Assembly: GCA_051382335.1 (NCBI GenBank)
Contig: JBBCAX010000033.1
Coordinates: 32,001 to 96,000, forward strand
Origin: Deltaproteobacteria bacterium TL4
GTDB taxonomy: Bacteria > SAR324 > NAC60-12
Length of the DNA: 64,000 nucleotides
Direction: 5' to 3'
Position numbers and translations under genes: made by a program. Numbering within the stretch: position 1 is the stretch's first letter; every line of letters starts with the position of its first letter. Shown piece after piece: positions 41,305 through 52,200 of this stretch. Below the pieces are notes generated by a model. That model made no database searches, was not told the DNA's origin, and was given only the letters and a program-made list of their open reading frames with translations.

Positions 41305-41575
41305 ATTTGACGATCGTGCACGTCGAGAACTCCGGAAACTTGATAAACAGGCTCAACAAGAGATTCTAAGTTACCTAAGGGAAAAAATAGCCACATCAGA
41401 AGATGTTAAACGTTTTGGGAAGCCTTTAGTTGCCGATAAACAAGGATTGTGGCGTTACCGCATTAGTGATTATCGGATCATTTGTAGAATAGAAAATGAG
41501 CAACTTGTTGTTTTGGTTGTCAGGGTAGGACATCGAAAAAATGTTTATGAGAACAAGCTTAATGATTCGATCTAA
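41288..41575 (+). CDS. Type II toxin, RelE/ParE family
   Basis: WSVEFDDRARRELRKLD, GKPL, LWRYRISDYRII, RVGHRKNVY; overlaps the antitoxin. Confidence 0.92.
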   Translation: MIWSVEFDDRARRELRKLDKQAQQEILSYLREKIATSEDVKRFGKPLVADKQGLWRYRISDYRIICRIENEQLVVLVVRVGHRKNVYENKLNDSI

Positions 41576-41717
41576 AATTTGTTTGGTCTTTACCTTCTGT
41601 CGATTTTTTCCAATCCTTGGCATGAAGCAACATCCTACATTGTCATTTCAAAAATAAAAAACAGGCCCCGTTTTGATGTCAAGGCGTCGTCCCTCTCAAA
41701 ATTAGGAGAAATTCATC

Positions 41718-44435
41718 ATGAGCACCATAACCCAAACCATGAATATTCATGGGATGACCTGTAGTTCTTGTGCTGTTAACATAGAACGAACCGTGAACAA
41801 GCTTCAGGGAATCCAGGAGGCCAATGTTAATTTTGCGACAGAACAACTCCGAGTAACCTTCAATACCGAGGAGATGTCTTCAGAAACGATCATTGAAGCC
41901 ATTTCCAGCGCCGGGTATAACGCGGAGATTCCTCAAGAAGGGACGTCCTTGATGTTTACGGTAACAGGGATGACCTGTGCTTCATGTGTCCGGCATGTAG
42001 AACAGGCGTTAACTCAACTTGACGGTGTGATTGCGGCCAATGTCAATTTAGCAAGTGAACGTGTTCGCATTGATTATCATCCGGCTCAGGTTCGAGTGGA
42101 TGATCTGAAACAAGCGGTGAGTCAGGCAGGGTATCAGTTGATTGAGATGCTTGCTGAAAACCAGGGTCGTGAAGAAATTCGACGTGAGCGGGAATTGAAG
42201 CTTCTTTTAGCCAAGTTATCAATTTCAATGATATTTGCGATTCCGTTAGTGTTCATTGCCATGTCAGAAATGCTCGGAATTTCCTTACCCTCTTTCATCA
42301 ACCCTGATACAAATCCATTAAACTATGCTTTAATTCAGTTGGCGTTAATCCTTCCTATCCTGGGAGCCGGCTTTCATTTTTACACAAAAGGTTTTGGCAC
42401 CTTGTTTCGTTTACATCCGAATATGGATTCATTGATTGCGGTGGGAACCTCTGCTGCCGTAGGGTCCAGTGCCTGGAATACCTTGCAGATTTTCAAGGGG
42501 CATTCTGAATTGGTAATGAGTTTGTATTATGAAACTGCGGGAGTGATCATTGCGCTGATCCTGCTTGGAAAATATATGGAATCTGTGAGTAAAAGCAGAA
42601 CCTCAGGCGCTATCAAAGAGTTGATGGGACTGCAACCCAAAACGGCGCTGATCTTGGAAGACGGAAAGGAGCGGGAAGTTGCTATTGAAGAGGTGCGGGT
42701 TGGAGACATACTGTTGGTGAAGCCGGGTGAAAGGATCCCGGTTGACGGCGTTATTTTGGAAGGTAGAACCTCCGTTGATGAGTCTATGCTCACTGGAGAA
42801 AGTCTGCCTGTGGAGAAGAGCCGGGGCGATTCAGTGACTGGCGCAAGCATGAATCAAAATGGAGCCATTCAGTTCAGTGCGACTCATGTCGGTAAGGATA
42901 CCGCTTTAGCTCAGATTATTAAACTCGTTGAAGAGGCCCAGGGAAGTAAAGCGCCTATCGCGCGAATGGCGGATGTGATTTCCAGTTATTTTGTCCCTGT
43001 GGTCATGGCCATTGCTGTCCTCACTGGCTTGGCCTGGTATTTTTTCAGTACCATGCCTGCTACCTTTGCGTTAATGATTTTCGTTTCGGTTTTAGTGATT
43101 GCCTGTCCCTGTGCCTTGGGACTCGCGACACCAACTGCAATTATGGTGGGGACAGGGTGCGGAGCCTCTTTAGGAATTCTGATTAAAGGAGGAGAACCGC
43201 TTGAAGTGGCCAGCCGTATAAAAACCGTTGTTTTTGATAAAACCGGCACCCTGACAGAAGGCAAACCCAGGGTTACCGATATTCTGGCTTTTCATGCTCA
43301 GAATGCAGAAGAATTACTCAGCCTTGCGGCATCGGCAGAGCAAGGTTCCGAACATGCTTTAGGAGCAGCCATTCTTGAAGAAGCTCAGCAACGAGGACTG
43401 TCCTTGAAAAAAAGCACGGACTTCCAAGCGGTTCCAGGACAGGGAATTCAGGTGACGATTGGAGAACATGGAGTGATCCTGGGAAATCTAAAAATGATGC
43501 AGCAGCATCAGATCTTACAAGAAGAACATCCTGAAACTGAGCGGCTCGCGAAAGAGGGCAAAACCCCTATGTACCTTGTCGTAGACGGTGTGTTTGTCGG
43601 GATTATAGCTGTGGCCGATGTGGTAAAATCAGACAGCGCGGTTGCCATCGCGAAGTTACATGAAATGGGAATCAGGACCGTTATGTTGACCGGAGATAAT
43701 CAACAGACAGCACAAGCTATTGCAAAACAAGTGGGCATTGACCACGTAGTTGCCCAAGTTCTGCCAGGAGAAAAATCCGCAAAAATCAAAGCGCTACAAA
43801 ACAATGGTGAAAAGGTTGCGATGGTAGGAGATGGAATCAACGATGCGCCTGCTTTAATACAAGCTGACTTGGGAATCGCAATCGGGTCAGGAACCGATGT
43901 CGCCATGGAATCGGCCCAGATTGTTTTAATGAAAAATAGCTTGCTGGGTGTTGTGACCGCGATTCAATTAAGCAGGGCGACACTCCGAAATATCAAGCAA
44001 AACCTGTTTTGGGCGTTTGCTTACAATAGTGCGGGAATTCCCATTGCCGCAGGGGTACTCTTTTTATTTGGAGGGCCGACCTTAAATCCAATGATTGCCG
44101 CGGCAGCAATGGCGATGAGTTCCGTTTCTGTGGTGAGCAACGCACTGCGGTTAAGACGGTTTCAACCGGAATCCTTTTCTGTTCCGCTGCATTCACTCTC
44201 TTCATCTTTAACTAAGGAGCTTCTTATGAAAAAAGTAATAAGTATTAATGGCATGACATGTAAAAATTGCGCGAGGCATGTTACCGAAGCATTGAATAAA
44301 TTGGATAATATCACTTCCGTTGTGGTGAATCTGGATCAAAAAAATGCCGTTGTTGAATCCAGTGCGGATATAAATAATACTGTATTGACTGCCGCCGTCA
44401 CCAATGCCGGGTACACGGTAACAGGGATTCGATAA
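41718..44435 (+). CDS. copA: Cu(I)-translocating P1B-type ATPase with two N-terminal and one C-terminal HMA domain
   Basis: GMTCSSC, GMTCASC, TGES, CPCALG, DKTGT, GDGIND, YN, MAMSS, C-terminal GMTCKNC. Confidence 0.93.
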   Translation: MSTITQTMNIHGMTCSSCAVNIERTVNKLQGIQEANVNFATEQLRVTFNTEEMSSETIIEAISSAGYNAEIPQEGTSLMFTVTGMTCASCVRHVEQALTQLDGVIAANVNLASERVRIDYHPAQVRVDDLKQAVSQAGYQLIEMLAENQGREEIRRERELKLLLAKLSISMIFAIPLVFIAMSEMLGISLPSFINPDTNPLNYALIQLALILPILGAGFHFYTKGFGTLFRLHPNMDSLIAVGTSAAVGSSAWNTLQIFKGHSELVMSLYYETAGVIIALILLGKYMESVSKSRTSGAIKELMGLQPKTALILEDGKEREVAIEEVRVGDILLVKPGERIPVDGVILEGRTSVDESMLTGESLPVEKSRGDSVTGASMNQNGAIQFSATHVGKDTALAQIIKLVEEAQGSKAPIARMADVISSYFVPVVMAIAVLTGLAWYFFSTMPATFALMIFVSVLVIACPCALGLATPTAIMVGTGCGASLGILIKGGEPLEVASRIKTVVFDKTGTLTEGKPRVTDILAFHAQNAEELLSLAASAEQGSEHALGAAILEEAQQRGLSLKKSTDFQAVPGQGIQVTIGEHGVILGNLKMMQQHQILQEEHPETERLAKEGKTPMYLVVDGVFVGIIAVADVVKSDSAVAIAKLHEMGIRTVMLTGDNQQTAQAIAKQVGIDHVVAQVLPGEKSAKIKALQNNGEKVAMVGDGINDAPALIQADLGIAIGSGTDVAMESAQIVLMKNSLLGVVTAIQLSRATLRNIKQNLFWAFAYNSAGIPIAAGVLFLFGGPTLNPMIAAAAMAMSSVSVVSNALRLRRFQPESFSVPLHSLSSSLTKELLMKKVISINGMTCKNCARHVTEALNKLDNITSVVVNLDQKNAVVESSADINNTVLTAAVTNAGYTVTGIR

Positions 44436-44470
44436 AGAATGCAGGTTGGATTAAAAAACACTTACGGCAG

Positions 44471-44491
44471 CAGCGCCTTATTACGGCGCTG
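44471..44491. terminator. Hairpin between convergent copA and fadL-like genes
   Basis: CAGCGCC-ttattac-GGCGCTG. Confidence 0.5.
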
Positions 44492-44533
44492 AAAACAGAT
44501 TACGGTGACAACCCATGGAAACCTCAGGGACTG

Positions 44534-46063
44534 CTAATACATTCGATGATAGGTAAACATACCGAAAGCGGCAAATCCTCTATAAATTCCTGTCAATGGG
44601 GTTTCATAGATTCCATATTGTTTGGTGTTTTGCTGTCCATCAAGATCCGAGAACTTCCACAAGGCGGCTCCCAAGCTAACACTTTCAATATCGGAGAACG
44701 CATATTCTATGGCACCTCCAACGGTCCACATGCCTCCAAGAGGAACTAGAGGAGAAACATACTCGGGTGTATTCGGATCCCCTTCTTTTGAGAAACCACC
44801 TCGTAAGATAATTCTTTCATTCATGTGGAACGCTCCTCCAAATCCCCAGGTCAGCGTATCGACGAACCCGGTTTCAATGGGAATTTGATCTCCACTATCA
44901 TAACCCGCAAGAATGAGTGCTCCACTAGGCGTATCGAGATCTACTGTAATGCCGCTAAACACGGAATATCCCATTTGTGTCAGCCTAAACTCCACTTCAT
45001 ATTTCGGGTGATCCGGATCGTCTTTCCAACCAAAACCTGTCTCCAAGTGCCAAGGAAACGTCAGACTAACCTTGGCGACGGAGTCTCTCAAGTACAGATT
45101 TTCCAACGCGGAAATACTGGCAATCTTTCCCACGCTTCGCAACGCCCATAACAAACTTTCTCCTTCAGGTGTGACAAAAAACTGAATTTCGCCATCCATG
45201 TTTACTGGAATGGCTGTATTATAATTCGCGGCAAAAAACAGAGAGCCCAGACTTCCCAAGTCGGTACTTCCCAGATAAGAACCATTGAAGTTATAAGAAA
45301 AGCCATGCGCCTGTACTACAATCTTGTCATTCAGCTTAATAACCGGAGCTTTGGATAAAATATTCATGACCCCCTGTGACTGTAAAACAGACAAGGCGTC
45401 CTCATCACTAATATTGGTCGCCAGAGGTCCTATGATCTGCTTTCCAAAAGATACCAATTCCTGCATGTAGATGGGATTGGTTTGCTCCATGGTGACACCG
45501 TTACGTCGGTAGTTCATCACATCAGCGTACAAGGTGATGCCTACAGCGACAGAATGGTTTTCATTAAGCTCATAAGCCGCGCTAAAGTTGCCTCCAAGGG
45601 CGGCAAGCAGTACGTCTTGAATGAGACCATTTCCTGCCCATTCCCGATCAAATTTCAAGGCTGCGGCAAAACGGGGTTTAAAAGAAAAACCATAAGCCAT
45701 GTCCTCTTTAACGTAGGCGTAATGAAACATAGGCAGAGGCAGGGGTTCAATGTATGTTTTTTCATTTTCAACAGGGCCAACCACCTCGTTACCATTGCTA
45801 TCATAAGTGACTTCTTGACCTTCCCATTCTACTTGAAATATGGCCAGCGCTCCACCTGCACTGATATGCGTTCCCGGTTGCAAGCGCATCATTCCCGCTG
45901 GATTGACAGAGTTTATTTCCGCATGACTGGGCATCGTCATGATGGCGTTGGCCTGTCCAAACTGGTTTGCGCTATAGACGGGGGTATAAGGGCCTGCTCC
46001 ATAAAGAGAAAAAGGAATCAAGGCCAATAACAGTACTAGTCCTAAACAATTGGAACGTTGCAT
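44534..46063 (-). CDS. OmpP1/FadL family outer-membrane transporter
   Basis: Signal peptide, GQANA...NPAGM, P...PMFHY, LTFPW, aromatic C-terminus. Confidence 0.8.
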   Translation of the reverse strand: MQRSNCLGLVLLLALIPFSLYGAGPYTPVYSANQFGQANAIMTMPSHAEINSVNPAGMMRLQPGTHISAGGALAIFQVEWEGQEVTYDSNGNEVVGPVENEKTYIEPLPLPMFHYAYVKEDMAYGFSFKPRFAAALKFDREWAGNGLIQDVLLAALGGNFSAAYELNENHSVAVGITLYADVMNYRRNGVTMEQTNPIYMQELVSFGKQIIGPLATNISDEDALSVLQSQGVMNILSKAPVIKLNDKIVVQAHGFSYNFNGSYLGSTDLGSLGSLFFAANYNTAIPVNMDGEIQFFVTPEGESLLWALRSVGKIASISALENLYLRDSVAKVSLTFPWHLETGFGWKDDPDHPKYEVEFRLTQMGYSVFSGITVDLDTPSGALILAGYDSGDQIPIETGFVDTLTWGFGGAFHMNERIILRGGFSKEGDPNTPEYVSPLVPLGGMWTVGGAIEYAFSDIESVSLGAALWKFSDLDGQQNTKQYGIYETPLTGIYRGFAAFGMFTYHRMY

Positions 46064-46297
46064 AGATGCTCCATCAGAAAGTGGTGAATTATTATAAGGG
46101 TCTGTATTCCTCTTAAGCGCTACAACAGTTAAGTGTCAAGATAATGCCGGCTTTTTATCGTAAGAAAGTTGCTCAACAAGTTGTCCCCTCTTTTCTAAAT
46201 ACCCAATTTTTTCTCAATGGTGTGGCGAAGTGGAATCAAAGGAAGGCGTATGCCGGGTTGCTGAAACAGGCTCGTAAGTCAGGAATGGACTCTTTGA

Positions 46298-47587
46298 TTA
46301 TGAAAACTTTATTTTGAAGGAAGTGCCCTTTGCTCTGTCTATCTCGATTGTCCCCTTGAGTTGGTCTGTTAAAATATTGACTAATTGTAACCCCAATGCC
46401 TCAGTTTCCCGGATGTCCAAGTCTTGAGGCAATCCCATCCCATTATCACTGACCAAAAGAGTGTATAGTCCTTCATTATCTTGAAAAAAGCTTATCTGGA
46501 CTGTTCCTTTTTCTCCTTCTTTGAATGCGTGTTTAAACACGTTGGACAGTAACTCGTTGATGATCAAACCACAGGGAATGGCCTTTTGAATGTCTAAAGA
46601 AACTTCCAAAACTTTTTTGGTGATCGTAATTCGCTCTGGAACTGAAATATAAGAGGCCAGTAAGGCATTGGTTAACTCGTTGATAAATTGATTAAAATCG
46701 ATCTTGGAAAAATCAGAGGTTTTATAAAGTTTTTCATGAATGAGTACCATGGTCTGGATACGATTCTGCGTTTCAAGGAATAATTCAACATCATTGCGAT
46801 TTTTTACTTTGGGGATCTGCAGTTTGAGAAAAGCCGCAACCATCGCCATATTATTTTTTACTCGATGATGAACTTCCTGCAACAGCACTTCTTTTTCTTT
46901 GAGCGAATTTTGGAGTCTCTGTTCTGCACGCCTGCGTTCCTCAATTTCCTGATGGAGTTTCTCATTGGTTATTTTTAGTTCGCTGGTCCTTTCTTCTACG
47001 CGAATTTCCAATTGATCATGGGCTTTTTGTAATTCCTCATGGGCTTTTTGAAGTGCATCCTTAGTTTGCGTTAATAGTCGGTTCGTCGCTTCATATTGCT
47101 GGGCCTTATGGGTTGTCATTCCTAATTTTTCACTCAAAATCATTGCAAAAAGCCGATATAAAATATCTTTTAATTCTTTTGAATCAGAATCGGAATATTG
47201 ACCGATATCCTGAGCCTGTAGACTGAATAAATCGACAAAGCCGTTGGCAACAACCGTAGCAGAACAGGTTTTTTCGCTGATGACACTCATTTCTCCAAAA
47301 ATATCACCGATCCGCTTGAGTGTTAAAATCAGTTCTCCTGAGGCATAGATGGAGACTTCTCCCCGCGTTAGAAAAAAAACTCTATCGTTAAACTGACCTT
47401 CTGATAAAATCTTATCGCCATCCGAGTATCGGTGTATTTTTACCAAGGGGATTAGGGATTTTAATCGCTCTTGATCTAGATGACCAAAGAGCCTTGAACG
47501 GCTTAAATAGGTTAAAACTTCCCTGTTTTCTTCAAACAAATGTTGATCCATTTCATTTTTCATAAGCCCGTTAGCAAGGAGAGACAT
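46298..47587 (-). CDS. cNMP-binding domain + HisKA_2 sensor histidine kinase
   Basis: GDIFGEMS...SATV; EVHHRVKNN; NELLSNVFKHAF; DNGMG; LGLQLV. Confidence 0.9.
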   Translation of the reverse strand: MSLLANGLMKNEMDQHLFEENREVLTYLSRSRLFGHLDQERLKSLIPLVKIHRYSDGDKILSEGQFNDRVFFLTRGEVSIYASGELILTLKRIGDIFGEMSVISEKTCSATVVANGFVDLFSLQAQDIGQYSDSDSKELKDILYRLFAMILSEKLGMTTHKAQQYEATNRLLTQTKDALQKAHEELQKAHDQLEIRVEERTSELKITNEKLHQEIEERRRAEQRLQNSLKEKEVLLQEVHHRVKNNMAMVAAFLKLQIPKVKNRNDVELFLETQNRIQTMVLIHEKLYKTSDFSKIDFNQFINELTNALLASYISVPERITITKKVLEVSLDIQKAIPCGLIINELLSNVFKHAFKEGEKGTVQISFFQDNEGLYTLLVSDNGMGLPQDLDIRETEALGLQLVNILTDQLKGTIEIDRAKGTSFKIKFS

Positions 47588-47596
47588 TGAAAATCT

Positions 47597-48013
47597 TTAT
47601 AAAACCACTTCTGCCAAGCAAGGCAGTTCCTCTGGTTCATAGACATCGTTTTGCAGGGGTTGGAAGATCCATAAGTGCAAACCCTGTCTGATATTGGCAA
47701 GAGCATGAAACTGCGCAGCAAATCCCAGCCCATTGGGCTTGCGTACTTGAATCTTTCCAATTTGATGACCTTCCTCTAAAAGAGCTTCCCACGTTTCCTG
47801 GACTTCCTGTTTATTTTCTTTGAAGATAAAGTTTTCCAACTTCAACTCCAAAAGATACTCTCTGGAAACTCCTAATAATGTAAAGGCTTCTGGATTAGCA
47901 TCAACAATATTTTTTTCATCATCCAGCAGTAAAACAGCATCATGGGGAGAGATAAAGAAAGTTCGGCCGTGTTCTTCGGCACTAAATTCAATTTCTAAGA
48001 CGGCCGTTCTCAT
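47597..48013 (-). CDS. Standalone PAS-domain protein
   Basis: DAVLLLD...IVDANPEA..LLG.SRE.L. Confidence 0.75.
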   Translation of the reverse strand: MRTAVLEIEFSAEEHGRTFFISPHDAVLLLDDEKNIVDANPEAFTLLGVSREYLLELKLENFIFKENKQEVQETWEALLEEGHQIGKIQVRKPNGLGFAAQFHALANIRQGLHLWIFQPLQNDVYEPEELPCLAEVVL

Positions 48014-48027
48014 ACGCCGCGTTCTCC

Positions 48028-48089
48028 ATAAATAGTTATTCGAGGGACATTTCCCTTGATAAATAGTTATTCGAGGGACATTTCCCTTG
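48028..48089. repeat. Exact 31-bp tandem duplication
   Basis: ATAAATAGTTATTCGAGGGACATTTCCCTTG x2. Confidence 0.9.
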
Positions 48090-48233
48090 TGAATTTTGAG
48101 TTAAACCCATGCAATTCAGAATTCACATTCTTATATAGAAAGTCAAACGTATCATAAATAGAAACAAATGAATATTCGCTATTTACTCGTAAATTACTAC
48201 GAAGAATCTACGTATATTTTCAGAACAGAAATA

Positions 48234-48968
48234 CTATTTATTGGTGTTCAATATTGCATAACGAAGAAGTTGATTGCTGCTCGAGAATTTTAGTTTTTTC
48301 ATAATATTCGAACGATGCGTTTCAGCGGTTCGCGTACTGATACTTAATTGAGTAGCAATATCTTTTATGGAGTATCCAAGGGCAATGAGTTCAAAAATTT
48401 CTGTTTCGCGTGAAGTTAAGGACTGCAAAGAGTGATGTTCTCTTTGAGTACGAACCTCATATTGCTCCAAAAGTTCTTCAACTTTGTTGGATATGTATGC
48501 ATCCAAATTTTCCTGGAGCGTTTCTTTTTTTTCCAGGTATTTTATTTCTTTGTCCTTATAAAGAGCCATTTCAATCGTTGCCTGCAATTCTTCTGTTTTT
48601 ACAGGTTTTACCAAGTATCCAAAGGGGGAGGTCAATTTGGCTCGGTCTAACAACTCAGGACTGGTATAGGCGGTCAGGTAAATGATTGGAATTTTAAATT
48701 GAGAATGTAAATAATTTGCGGTTTCAATTCCATCCATCTCTCCTTCCAAAGCAATGTCCATCAAAATTAAATCTGGACGACTTGTCATCGTTTTCTGAAT
48801 AGCCAACTCACCCGATTTTGCAACATCAACTATGTGATACCCTAACCATTTTAACTCATTTTTTAAGCTCAGAGCTAAAACGCCTTCATCTTCCACAATC
48901 AAAATACTTGCTTCGACTGGTTTTTTCGGGTTTTCTGAGAACAGTTCCACTACATTTTCATTCGGCAT
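48234..48968 (-). CDS. Response regulator (REC + LuxR HTH)
   Basis: ILIVEDE, DLILMD, YLTA, KP; LTSRE.EI...G...IA..L.IS.RTAETHR. Confidence 0.9.
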   Translation of the reverse strand: MPNENVVELFSENPKKPVEASILIVEDEGVLALSLKNELKWLGYHIVDVAKSGELAIQKTMTSRPDLILMDIALEGEMDGIETANYLHSQFKIPIIYLTAYTSPELLDRAKLTSPFGYLVKPVKTEELQATIEMALYKDKEIKYLEKKETLQENLDAYISNKVEELLEQYEVRTQREHHSLQSLTSRETEIFELIALGYSIKDIATQLSISTRTAETHRSNIMKKLKFSSSNQLLRYAILNTNK

Positions 48969-49252
48969 AAAATTCTGTTGGTCTCTACAAATTACGGAGG
49001 TGTTATAAAAGGTACCCTTTTGTTATAAGAGCAGGAGGAGCGAAACATAACTTTCCTCCAAAAGGACATCATGGAATCAATAGATACCGAATTAAATGTA
49101 TTTTGTCCATGCCCAAAAAGGGGGCAAGTCTTGATTTGAGTTTGTTTGACGAGTGCAACCGTTAGATTTCGTAGTAAAAATCGCCATTTTTATCCTAATC
49201 CGGAGAAAAAAAAGGCAAGGCCATTGAGAACGGAACAGGAAAGGGGTATCCT

Positions 49253-52200
49253 TTAGGAAAGAGTGTGGATGCTGTTTTTTTGTTGGCAATGTTCCATAAA
49301 TTTTTTAAAACAGAGATTGCTTTTTAAAGCTTCTTCGGAGTGTGCGATGTTGTAAAAAAAGACAGAGCTTCCCACGACGACAAGTTTCTTTTTCGCTCGT
49401 GTGATCACCACGTTAAAACGGTTGGGATTGTTAAGAAATTCCCCTTCAATCTGATCCAAATCTGATACGGTAAAGCCAAACAAAATCACGTCTCGTTCCG
49501 CGCCTTGGATCCGCTCAACCGTATCAATCAAAGGTCTCTGGAAATGATGCTCCTCCATCAGGGGTTGAAGTTTTTCAAGGATTGCATTGTTTTGTGCCCG
49601 ATGGGGGGTGATGATTGCGATTTGCTCAGGAGATACCTCATATTCCATGATTAAGGTTTTCGTAAACTCTACCAGCAGTTCCATTTCCGGAACACATTTT
49701 TGCCCAGACCCCCTGTGATCCAGTAAAACCAAACTCACCGGTTGAGCCGGGTTTAAAATGGGACCGTAGGGGTCCGTCAGTTGAAATCGGGATAGTTTCA
49801 AACGTGAATTCTGATTAGAGAGGTGAGGATACAAGGCTCCCTCATACCAGGTCTGACTTGGAAACTCACAGAGTTCTTTATTCATCCGATAAGTCACATT
49901 TAAGCGTGATTGGAGGGGCGCATCATAGTGTTTCATCAAATGGGCCAGGATGGAGTCTTTTAGATACACTTGCTCTTTTTCTGCGTCATATCTTCCTATT
50001 ACAATCGGTGGTAATTGATTCACATCTCCAAGGAACAGAAAATTACCTTTACCGTACAGCAAACTCAATAACGCTTGAGGGACTAGAACCTGTGAGGCTT
50101 CATCAAAAATAACCCAGTCAAACACAGGGGGGAAATCTCCGTCTTTTCCTTCAAATAACTGATAAAGTCCAAAACCTGTTGCTCCCAAAATGGCGTAAGG
50201 GTGTTCTGCTAATTCGTTGACATCGTTCAGTAGTTGTACGGTTCTGTCACCGAACGGCTGAGGGGAATCTTCACTCCAACGTCCCCATTTAAAGCAAGGC
50301 GCGGGAAATTCCCGCAGCGAATGTTGATTGAGGAGTTGAAGAACCTTTCGCAGAACCTGGTCAATAGCCTGATGAGTAAGAGCACTGACCACGATACGCA
50401 TGGGGCGATTGTTTTGCTGGGCATGCAGAACCAACGCAATTAAAATCCATCCCAAAAGGTGTGTTTTCCCAGTTCCAGGAGGTCCTTCAATCAAACTCAA
50501 ACGATATTGAAAGGCTTGTTTTAAGGCTTGTTGTTGCGTCTCATTGAGTCCTGAAATCTGACTAAATCTCTTCAACCATTGTTCTGCCCAGGTTAAAGCG
50601 TCTTCATCCTGCTTGAAAGACCATCCTCCAGATAATAAATGAAACAAGGGGTGATTGTGATCCTCTGACAAAACGATTTGTACTCCATGAAATAATTTAT
50701 TCGTATTCCAATCCGTTAGATCTTCTTCCAGGGAATAACCCGCGTTTTTATTTAAGTTTATTTTTCCTTGACGAGACCGTAAGCAAATCTGATTTTGACT
50801 TCGATCATAATTTTCAAGAATGACGGGTATTCCCTTTTGAAGATCACTCAAGGAAAGAGGCGCGAGTTTGAGAAAATCCCCTTCTCGAAACTTGGAACTC
50901 CTGTTGGGGCCCTTGATCCTGAAGAGGTACAAAAACCGTCCTTCCTCATCAAGGACCATTTTCTCGAACTCTAATGGTCCGAGAGAACGGAACCGTTCAA
51001 CACGTTCTTGAAATGAAAGTTTCTGTAATTGCAAGATATCGTCTTCCCGTAAACGTTTTTCATTCTCAATAAAATTCAGGTAGGCGTCTTTGAGTCCCCT
51101 CGTTGGATCAAGGTTCGGAGAAGAATCCTGCTGATTCCATTCACTGCGCAGATGTGGCGATAACCACTTCCAGACGGCCAACAGCACCTGGAGGCGTTGT
51201 TTCAACGTTACTTCCATTGCCTGACGTGTTTTCTCGTCAGGATCGTTCGCTATTGAGCCATTCGACCATGAGTCTTGATGGAACAGGCTCTCCGGAGGAA
51301 GTTGATTGAGCGAAATTCCTGTAACTCGACTCAAGGCGTACAGGGTCATTTCCCCTGGAATCGGGAAGTCAAAATGGGAAAAAATGAGGTGTGAAAGAGA
51401 GGTACTGTGCTGGCGTTGAGGATTCCACAGGAAAGACAACTCGGAATCCACAAAAATGTTTTGGAACGATAACCAATCGCTTTCTCTAAAATAGAAAAGA
51501 TGAGGGGTCTGTCCCTCAGATCTTCCCTTGTCCCACACCTTGATCAATTGAGGAATAAAGGTTTTTCGAAAGTGAGAAGACTGTTCTTCATCGAAAAACA
51601 ACCAGGTTTGATTCTGGAGAACCGTTCCCGTATTATCGGTCACACACCACCCCAAACCACAACTTTTTCTGGAAAGAGGGTCTTCTAAAGTCTGAATGAA
51701 AAGGCTCAACGACAGATTGGCGGGAAAGAGACGAGTTACCGGTTCCCTCAAATAAAATTGCCCGGTTTGTAACGATTTTGTTTTTGCCATCAACCGTTCA
51801 CGCTGGTTGGGTGACAAGCCATCATCAATGGAGTCAGAGGTTTGTTCCTTTGAAAAATAGGACTCCACTTGCGTCAAGGAATGCAAGTGCTGAAGTCTGA
51901 TTTTTTCCAAAATACCTGCGGTGATTCCTGGCAAAAACAGAATCTCTTGCTCCCCTAAGGAGTGATGATAACAATAATCGAACCAAGGACATGACGTACA
52001 AGGAACCTCCAAACGATAGGGCGCTTTTTGCGGAAGTTGCAACAGCGTATTCCGAATGTTTTCCCAAAGCGCGGGGAATGAGGCCCAAAAGGGGGCAAGC
52101 TCGAATTCATGGAGGATCGCTTCACTTCCAGACTCTTGGGAAGGGGTCATTAAAAACCCTGTAGAGGAAATTTGCAGGGGTTCGGAAAAGACCCCTCGCG

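Noticed and set aside
48028..48089. 31-bp repeat with a hairpin as a mini-CRISPR
   Set aside because: The copies are directly adjacent with no spacer
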